Of a stretch of DNA of 12,607 nucleotides, positions 6,832 through 12,607 are shown piece by piece. The translations under genes were made by a program, and so were the position numbers. The DNA comes from an uncultured Rhodopirellula sp. (GTDB taxonomy: Bacteria; Planctomycetota; Planctomycetia; Pirellulales; Pirellulaceae). Location: contig CAXGRW010000082.1 of assembly GCA_964012125.1 (NCBI GenBank), positions 1-12,607 on the forward strand, written 5' to 3'. The notes beneath the pieces were generated by a model, which saw only the letters and a list, made by a program, of their open reading frames with translations, was not told where the DNA came from and searched no databases. Every line of letters starts with the position of its first letter. Positions within the stretch are counted from its first letter, which is position 1.

Positions 6832-6996
6832 ACATTTGTCTGGCATGCGTTTTTTTGTTGGGAGCACTCTGAACTGCTGCGAGAGACTTTCAACGGTGGT
6901 GCTGGCTAGAGCGACCGTTGCAAATGCTGGCAGCGGGGGCGGGGTCTGCGGAACAGCTCTCAGGCGAGGTTTTCTGACGATCGTTACTGACGAGGG

Positions 6997-8139
6997 TTAC
7001 TGACGAGGGTTCTCGTACCAGACAACGTTGTTGCTGGCCCGCCCTGCGATTAGCAGATCAAGGTCACCATCGGCATCAAGGTCGACGGTTCGGATGTCGT
7101 AGGCTTCCTGATTTTCGGCGACGATATGGGGTATGAAATTACCTTTGCCGTCATTTTCATACCACATGACGACTTGGTCTCCGTAGCCGCACGTGGCCGC
7201 ATCAATATCGCCATCCGAGTCCATGTCGACGGCTGCGAGGCAATGGGGTTCCTTCAGGTTGGCGTCGATGTCGTGGCACTTCCATTGAGGAGCTTCAAAC
7301 CAGATCACGCCCTTGCCATGGCCACGTGATGCGATGAAGTCTTGCCTGCCGTCACCATTCACATCGGCGGGATGAATGTTGGTTGCTCCCGGTTCACGGT
7401 CACTGATCAGATGTTTTTTCCACGCTTGTTGTGGCTGTTCTGGTGCTTCCCACCAAGCAAACCATTCACCCGTCGATGTAGCCGTTGGACCACCTTTGGC
7501 TCCCGTGGTAGCGTCGAGTCGTCCATCCTGGTTGACGTCGCCAACTCCGATGTAGTGAGTCAGCCCAGGGGCATCCTGTTTCGCGAGAACGTTGGGGTGC
7601 CATTGGGTGGCTTTTTTTGCTTCAGGGGGTGTCGAAAACCAAACGAGTGACTCGGGGTAGGGCGCTGTGGGTTGAGCGCTGGTCGCGAGCAGATCGGGCT
7701 TTCCATCCTTGTCGATATCGCCTTTCATCAGTCCATGGATCCCGTGGACTGTATTGGCAATCAACCTTTTTTTCCAACGTTGCGATGCTCCTTGTTCAGG
7801 TTGTTCCAGCCATGTGATCAGTCCCGGATTGTATCTCGCACCGATGTAGTCAAGATCACCATCACCATCAATATCGAAGCATTCGCTGTGAATGTAGCCC
7901 CGATCTTCACTGTGGTCGTCGAGGACAATCTGTTGCCAATCAGGCGCGACAAATAACAGCGTACTACCGCCAACTTCTGCAATGACGTCCGGTAATCCGT
8001 CTCCGCTAAAGTCGCCTGAGATTGCTGTTAAGCTACGTTTTCCCTCCTGTAGGACGTGCTTCTTCCAATGCTCCTCTGCGGAAGAGACTGTAACCAGGCT
8101 GGTTAGAATGGAAACGGCAGTAAATACTCGGACTTTCAT
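6997..8139 (-). CDS. Secreted FG-GAP/VCBS-repeat (integrin-alpha-like beta-propeller) protein
   Basis: N-terminal signal peptide MKVRVFTAVSILTSLVTVSSAEE. About seven spaced Ca-binding-type D-x-[DN]-x-DG motifs follow: DFSGDGLPD, DIDGDGDLD, DIDKDGKPD, DVNQDGRLD, DVNGDGRQD, DMDSDGDID and DLDADGDLD. Each is followed by hydrophobic strands and W-rich segments, typical of FG-GAP/VCBS propellers. Confidence 0.85.
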   Translation of the reverse strand: MKVRVFTAVSILTSLVTVSSAEEHWKKHVLQEGKRSLTAISGDFSGDGLPDVIAEVGGSTLLFVAPDWQQIVLDDHSEDRGYIHSECFDIDGDGDLDYIGARYNPGLITWLEQPEQGASQRWKKRLIANTVHGIHGLMKGDIDKDGKPDLLATSAQPTAPYPESLVWFSTPPEAKKATQWHPNVLAKQDAPGLTHYIGVGDVNQDGRLDATTGAKGGPTATSTGEWFAWWEAPEQPQQAWKKHLISDREPGATNIHPADVNGDGRQDFIASRGHGKGVIWFEAPQWKCHDIDANLKEPHCLAAVDMDSDGDIDAATCGYGDQVVMWYENDGKGNFIPHIVAENQEAYDIRTVDLDADGDLDLLIAGRASNNVVWYENPRQ

Positions 8140-8258
8140 CGCAGGACCTTGGAGTGTGGATCAAACTCGCTCATGATGTGCGTTAACATTAATGCGTGTG
8201 TTTGCAGAATGCCACTGCTGACCGATTTTGTTCTACCGGTGATCCGAGTTGAGTGCTG

Positions 8259-8882
8259 ATGGCAAAATTGTATTTTTATTATTCATCGATGAACGCGGGG
8301 AAATCCACGATTCTGTTGCAGTCCAGCTACAACTATCGCGAGCGTGGAATGCAAACTTTGATCCTGTCTCCTGAATTGGATGATCGGTTTCAAGTTGGAA
8401 AAGTGACATCTCGTATCGGTATCGAAGCCGACGCGTTAACCTTCACGATCAGTGACAATCTGCTGACGATGGCGCTGCGCTTCAATGAACAAGAGAAGAT
8501 CGCGTGCATTTTGGTCGATGAAGCTCAGTTTCTTACAGAGTCGCAGGTGCGACAACTCAGTGACCTGTGTGATGATCACAATATTCCGGTGCTCGCGTAT
8601 GGGCTGCGTACGGATTTTCGCGGTGAGCTATTTGAGGGAAGTCAACATTTGTTGGCATGGGCCGACAGTTTGGTTGAAGTCAAAACGATTTGTCACTGCG
8701 GAAGCAAGGCGACGATGGTGCTGAGAATCGATGCTGATGGGCGTGCGATTAAAGATGGACGGCAGGTGCAAATCGGCGGTAACGAACGCTACCTGTCGGT
8801 TTGTCGCCGCCATTTCAAAGCAGGTGTACCCAGTGCCGATTCAGAGCCACAAGGCAGCAGTTCCGAAGATCTGCTCTTTTGA
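8259..8882 (+). CDS. tdk: Thymidine kinase
   Basis: [31 protein letters not shown] is nearly collinear with enterobacterial Tdk as I recall it. P-loop [22 protein letters not shown] and the zinc-ribbon cysteines CHCG...CRRH are present. I chose the ATG at 8259; the track start at 8253 is a GTG two codons upstream. Confidence 0.93.
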   Translation: MAKLYFYYSSMNAGKSTILLQSSYNYRERGMQTLILSPELDDRFQVGKVTSRIGIEADALTFTISDNLLTMALRFNEQEKIACILVDEAQFLTESQVRQLSDLCDDHNIPVLAYGLRTDFRGELFEGSQHLLAWADSLVEVKTICHCGSKATMVLRIDADGRAIKDGRQVQIGGNERYLSVCRRHFKAGVPSADSEPQGSSSEDLLF

Positions 8883-8992
8883 AATCTTGCAGTTGATGAT
8901 TCATTGCTTGCGGCTGGCGATAAGCAGAACGCATCCCAGTCAATATGTCATGTACGCGTGATGTTCGCTTCAGGCACGATGACTCGTAGTAC

Positions 8993-10144
8993 TCAGGATT
9001 CAGATTCCAGCAGTCCGATGACCGCCCATGCGGTTCCCCAGTAATTTGATGTGGGTGTTGGCTTGTTGCGGGTTGTTTTTTTGGTGCCCGGTACCTTCCA
9101 CGATCCATCTGATGATTGGCTGGTTGTCAGAAAAGAAATCGCTTTGGAAATCGCGATCTTATTTTTGTTGGCATCGTGGCGACTCAATGCATAAATAGCC
9201 ATGCCGGTCGCCAGCGCATCGCTAGGCTCCGCTGTCAGCCAGCCCCAGCCCCCGTCAGGCTGCTGTTTTTCGATCAGGGTATCACAAAGAGTACTCGAAT
9301 TCATCTCCTGCCGTTTCTCTGCCAGCAGCAAGTGTACTACCCACCATTCGGTTGACGCTGGGTTTGTATTTTGAATGGCTGCGAGTGCCAAAAGCTCCCG
9401 GTCGGCTGTTGTCTGATAGCTGTCGAGAGCTAGCAGAGTCCACGCAGTAGTGACCTGCGTTGTTTCCTCAAGCGAGCGTTTCTGAGCAGGAAGTTGTCCG
9501 CATGGTTTCCATCCACCCTGCCCTTGTTGATTTTTGACAAGAGCCTCGACAAACATTTTTCGCCAAGCTGTGGAGCCGTGTTTTTCAACAATCGCAATTT
9601 GAGTGGAGGCTCTGTCGTTAGCATGTTGGACAGAAGCTTTGCCAGCGGCAACTCGAGGGCTGTCAGGTATGCCAAGCAATAATGCGTTGAGTGTGTCAAT
9701 GTTCGCCGCCAGCGTTGGAGCGACTTTCATGTCAGGCTTCTGGGCCGGTTTGACGAAGTTTTGGACCTCTGTCGACCATGCTGCCCACTTTTTCAGGCGG
9801 GGTCGATTGATCGGATAGCCCCGCGTTTCAGCTGCAGACAAGCTCCACAACATGAACGGAACTTGGTGGCAAGAGACACATTGCCGTTTCTCGATCCAAG
9901 CCTCTCCGGCACGCTCAAGATAGGGGATAGCTCGCTTCACCGTTTCTTTAACGGTATGGGCTCCCTCAGACGCTGCCTTGGATGCGGACTCAGAGTTTTC
10001 GGTCCCACTAATTTTGGGTCCAGAGTCTGTGTGCTCGAGGCCGTCAGGACCATACTCGGCTGCCGCGATGAATTGACTCGTTGCAATCAACGAAACCAAT
10101 AGCATCGCGGTCAGACTTACCAAGGCAGCAGGACGTTTTCGCAT
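8993..10144 (-). CDS. Secreted protein with one CXXCH motif and QW-type (prenyltransferase/squalene-cyclase-like) repeats
   Basis: Signal peptide MRKRPAALVSLTAMLLVSLIATSQFIAAAE. A single c-type heme-attachment-like motif CVSCH lies at nt 9866..9880. Three Q-x-x-x-G-x-W motifs (NQQGQGGW, KQQPDGGW, SQSSDGSW) resemble the QW repeats of alpha/alpha-toroid terpenoid cyclase/prenyltransferase folds. The start lies 9 nt downstream of the preceding redoxin gene. Confidence 0.8.
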   Translation of the reverse strand: MRKRPAALVSLTAMLLVSLIATSQFIAAAEYGPDGLEHTDSGPKISGTENSESASKAASEGAHTVKETVKRAIPYLERAGEAWIEKRQCVSCHQVPFMLWSLSAAETRGYPINRPRLKKWAAWSTEVQNFVKPAQKPDMKVAPTLAANIDTLNALLLGIPDSPRVAAGKASVQHANDRASTQIAIVEKHGSTAWRKMFVEALVKNQQGQGGWKPCGQLPAQKRSLEETTQVTTAWTLLALDSYQTTADRELLALAAIQNTNPASTEWWVVHLLLAEKRQEMNSSTLCDTLIEKQQPDGGWGWLTAEPSDALATGMAIYALSRHDANKNKIAISKAISFLTTSQSSDGSWKVPGTKKTTRNKPTPTSNYWGTAWAVIGLLESES

Positions 10145-10153
10145 AACAGCGAA

Positions 10154-11332
10154 TTACTCAACAGCAGTTTCGGCTTGGCCCTGTGGTTCGCCAAGCAGTT
10201 CCTTGAGCAGTCGATTCAGCTCTTGGCCGCGGGCACTCAGTGAAACCACTTTTCCTTCTTTGTCGACCAGAATCGCAGTTGGAATACCGGAGACTCCGTA
10301 GTACTGCACAAGTGGGTTATTCCATCCCTGCTCGCCTTCTTTCATGCTGAACAGGTTTGGCCAATCGAGGTCTTCCTGTGCAACGTATTTATCACAGGCA
10401 TCCAAGGTGTTGTCGAGATTGATACCAACAATCGCGAAGCCCTGTTCACCGTAAAGTGCAAGTTGCTCTTTCATGTTGGGAACTTCTCTTCGGCAAGGGC
10501 CGCACCAGCTGGCCCAGAAGTCAACCAGCACAGTCTTGCCACGGTAGGAAGCCCAGTCAAACTCTTCGCCTGTTGTGGTGGTTCCTGTGATCACCATCTC
10601 ATTGCCCATCAGACGCATGCGACGTGCAGCTCCGCGGGTGTTTTCGGCTCGTGATTTGATCGCTTCGTCTTTGGACGCAAGCATCATGTCAGCAAGCTGG
10701 TCGTAGAAAGAGGCGGCCAACTCAGCATTGGAGGACAATGAACGTGCCAAGGTATTTCCAAGTGAGAAGCTTTCGCGATCGATGCCATTGTCACCGACCA
10801 TTTTTTTGAACTCGCCGATAACCTCTTTCTGTTCGGCTTCTGTGCCTCTTCCGGCGTTCGCAATTTTGCTTTTGAACGCTTCCATCTTGCCAAGGCGGGC
10901 CAATGTCGGGTTGGAGCTTGTTTCCAGCTCTTTCATCAAGTTGGACATTTTGACTTTCATGGCAGGATTCATCCGACTCAGGAACGTCAGTGCAGCAATC
11001 TCTTCGCGGACAGCCGCGACCTGCATTGGCTCAGGTACGTCTTTGAGCTTTCGGATGGCTTCGGCACCAGCGACAGCAGCAGTGGCTGCTTTGGTGACCG
11101 TTTCCATGGTTCGGCCCCGATTTTGTTTCGCATTAGCGATGAATTTCATCAGCTCTTCCGCGGTGGCACCCTCAGGAACCGTAAATGGATCAGCTCCCTG
11201 CTCCGCTTCCGCGGGGGCTTGGGCAGCTGCGGGAGCTTGTGCCATTGCTTGAGGTGTGAGTAGGAGAAGACCGATCAATGCAATGAAATTGACGCGAATC
11301 AAGTTGCGGCGCCGTTTGGGCTGGAGTGCCAT
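10154..11332 (-). CDS. Secreted TlpA/ResA-like thiol:disulfide oxidoreductase (thioredoxin fold) with a ~250-aa helical N-terminal domain of unknown function
   Basis: Signal peptide ...LIGLLLLTPQAMAQA. The C-terminal part reads GKTVLVDFWASWCGPCRREVPNMKE...FAIVGINLD...GIPTAILVDKEGKV. This is the classical TlpA/redoxin arrangement, with the WCGPC active site at nt 10493..10507. Confidence 0.88.
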   Translation of the reverse strand: MALQPKRRRNLIRVNFIALIGLLLLTPQAMAQAPAAAQAPAEAEQGADPFTVPEGATAEELMKFIANAKQNRGRTMETVTKAATAAVAGAEAIRKLKDVPEPMQVAAVREEIAALTFLSRMNPAMKVKMSNLMKELETSSNPTLARLGKMEAFKSKIANAGRGTEAEQKEVIGEFKKMVGDNGIDRESFSLGNTLARSLSSNAELAASFYDQLADMMLASKDEAIKSRAENTRGAARRMRLMGNEMVITGTTTTGEEFDWASYRGKTVLVDFWASWCGPCRREVPNMKEQLALYGEQGFAIVGINLDNTLDACDKYVAQEDLDWPNLFSMKEGEQGWNNPLVQYYGVSGIPTAILVDKEGKVVSLSARGQELNRLLKELLGEPQGQAETAVE

Positions 11333-11343
11333 GTTTTTTCTTT

Positions 11344-11387
11344 GGGCAGGAAGTTAGGTAGGGTCCGGCAGGAACGACATCCTGCCC
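11344..11387. promoter_or_regulatory. Three copies of GGCAGGA immediately upstream of the redoxin gene start: two direct, one inverted. Candidate alternative-hairpin leader or protein-binding site
   Basis: GGGCAGGAA lies at 11344-11352, GGCAGGAA at 11367-11374, and the inverted TCCTGCCC at 11380-11387. On the minus-strand transcript the 5' copy can pair with either of two downstream UUCCUGCC elements. One of these lies 13-20 nt upstream of the ATG at 11332. A regulatory function is inferred only. Confidence 0.25.
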
Positions 11388-11944
11388 GCGTACGACCGAA
11401 CTTGAAGTTTAGCGGTCATTGCGGCGGGATACAAACCACCCGATTCAATAGCGGGCTTTTTTCAGTAGAATTCCTGCTCTTTCAGCCGCAGGTATCATGT
11501 TCCAAATCGGGACTTTTGGCTCGGCAGGTTATGCCTCGGGGCAAACCCTCTTGGGTCGTTCGTAATCGTCCTCGGGTACCGGGGTATCACCGGGATGGAG
11601 ATTCATCGCTGGAGGCTTTCGTTTCATTGCTTCTGCCTCGTTCGAGTGCGATGAAATCGAGGTTTTTAGATATTCGTTTTTACCAATGCACCGAACGCTG
11701 CGCCAGACTGAGTGCCATTTCTGCCTGCTGACAGAAATGGGGCGAGGGCAGACTCTATGCGACAGAAGGGCACGCTATCGCAATCGTCAAACAGTCACTG
11801 CATGGATGGTGCAATTTTGAGCCGTGTCGGTTTTTTAACCTTGGGCGTTTTGCCGAACGAAACGCCGTTGCCACCACGTAAGTCTCTGGTATCGAAACGT
11901 TTCTTACTTTGAGTCTATGGCTCAACAGAGTTGGAATGAGCTGA

Positions 11945-12607
11945 TCAGCACTTTTTGCCGGGCTCAGGTTTTTTGCCAGAAGCCTCGTTACCAGACGCCT
12001 CGTTACCAGACGCATAGATCGCTGGGTTCAGTGTCGGATCGTTGTACATCTTGAGTTGTCGATAGACCTTGTGCTGCTTCGCACCTGAGAAGAGGTCGTT
12101 GAGCAGTTGCTGCAGTGACAAAGAAAGGTCACGTTGCTGCTGTTCGCACAAATTGATTCGCTGGAGAACTTTTTGGCGATGTTTTGAATCCAAGTCCGGG
12201 CGTTCTTGTTGTTCTCGGTAGTGGTACAGGCGAAGGGCCATGATCGACAATCGGTCGATCACACTTCCGGCAGTCTCGGTATTGATGGGCGCGTCTTCAG
12301 CCCTTTCAATGTCCGCCTCGTTGATGAGTTTTGAAATCTCATCATCGATCTTTTCAATCAGATCGTTTCGGCTCTGATTTAGTTTGTCGATTTCGCGTTT
12401 GACGCGGGCTATGTCTCCAGCTGTGGCATCAGGGCTTCGGCAGATGTCCTCTTGATGCCACAGTCGGTAGTTGCACTCATGTTGCTCGCAAATCAGCTCG
12501 CTGATTCCATGATATGGATTTTCAATGGGTTGCTGATGCCAAGCTGCAACGCACTCCGTTTGGAGCTGCGTCAGTTCTTGCGCCGAGGGGAATGAGTGGG
12601 AGGTCAC
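11945..12607 (-). CDS. Conserved hypothetical protein, probably DUF4254 family; the 5' end lies at or beyond the right window edge
   Basis: The minus-strand frame is open from the window edge (GTG at 12607..12605) to the TGA at 11947..11945. The product contains WH...ENPYHG...EQHECNYRLWHQEDICR...KREIDKLNQSRNDLIEKID. From memory this resembles the DUF4254 signature (H-x-x-N-x-x-LWH-x-ED, then NQ-x-RN). The family assignment needs an HMM check. The C-terminus carries ASGNE ASGNE ASG. Confidence 0.7.
   Translation of the reverse strand: MTSHSFPSAQELTQLQTECVAAWHQQPIENPYHGISELICEQHECNYRLWHQEDICRSPDATAGDIARVKREIDKLNQSRNDLIEKIDDEISKLINEADIERAEDAPINTETAGSVIDRLSIMALRLYHYREQQERPDLDSKHRQKVLQRINLCEQQQRDLSLSLQQLLNDLFSGAKQHKVYRQLKMYNDPTLNPAIYASGNEASGNEASGKKPEPGKKC
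11982..12011 (-). repeat. In-frame 15-nt tandem repeat (GCCTCGTTACCAGAC x2, plus a partial flanking copy) encoding ASGNE repeats at the C-terminus of the DUF4254-like protein
   Basis: Counted directly: 11982-11996 and 11997-12011 are identical. Flanking GCCAGAA and GC give partial extra copies. Confidence 0.85.

Noticed and set aside
6829-6857. Possible intrinsic terminator after rph (AGAC-ATTT-GTCT, then GCATGC, then T7)
   Set aside because: The T-run is good, but the only stem I can draw is 4-5 bp and is separated from the T-run. That is too weak to call without folding energies.
6983-7008. Perfect 13-nt tandem duplication GTTACTGACGAGG x2 spanning the stop codon of the FG-GAP gene
   Set aside because: The duplication is real and is probably a small slippage event. 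It duplicates the last codons plus the stop downstream of the functional stop, so it has no evident coding or regulatory consequence.
10728-11252. 174-aa ORF antisense to the TlpA-like gene
   Set aside because: This is a shadow frame of an Ala-rich gene. The product is low-complexity Ala/Ser/Phe, with no start context or motifs.
11529-11627. 32-aa minus-strand mini-ORF (MKRKPPAMNLHPGDTPVPEDDYERPKRVCPEA) in the long intergenic gap
   Set aside because: It is too short to support from sequence alone and has no obvious ribosome-binding site. It could matter only as a leader peptide if transcript mapping supports it.
11342-11731. 129-aa plus-strand ORF filling part of the long intergenic gap
   Set aside because: It starts at a non-ATG codon immediately abutting the divergent gene start. 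The product is Arg/Ser/Pro/Cys-rich with no domain features, and its codon usage is unlike the neighbours. I treat the region as non-coding.
1-12607. Search for a defence, mobile or accessory system (integrase, transposase, toxin-antitoxin, restriction, CRISPR-Cas, phage genes, flanking repeats, tRNA insertion site)
   Set aside because: None of the ORFs shows such motifs, and I saw no terminal inverted or direct repeats bracketing a block. By eye, composition is uniform. The window looks like core chromosome, and the only non-standard element is the ArgD-like fusion gene.

Overview
This 12.6 kb window reads as an ordinary chromosomal housekeeping region of moderate GC. I support 12 protein-coding genes. 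I found no rRNA, tRNA, CRISPR array, transposase, integrase or recognisable defence gene. The gene content suggests a Planctomycetota-like bacterium, but that is an inference: signal-peptide FG-GAP/VCBS propeller, CXXCH protein with QW-type repeats, TlpA-like redoxin, probable DUF4254 protein, and few Shine-Dalgarno sites. Gene order is: partial secreted protein (-), Trm112-like (+), small Cys/His ORF (-), proC (-), then a co-directional block of argB, an ArgD-like gene, argF and rph (+). After that come an FG-GAP propeller (-), tdk (+), a TlpA-like redoxin and CXXCH/QW-repeat protein pair (-, 9 nt gap), a 612 bp non-coding gap, and a DUF4254-like gene (-) that reaches the right edge. The one unusual locus is the gene sitting where argD would be expected (3032..5119). 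It fuses a roughly 300-residue N-terminal region, including a 160-residue tract that is about 74% Asp/Glu and built from near-identical nested DNA repeats, to a class-III aminotransferase-like domain. That domain has no lysine anywhere across its PLP-binding core, with Ser at the expected Schiff-base position. I read this as a candidate pseudoenzyme, scaffold or regulator embedded in the arginine operon, and it needs profile, structural and experimental checks. Everything else is conventional or only mildly notable.
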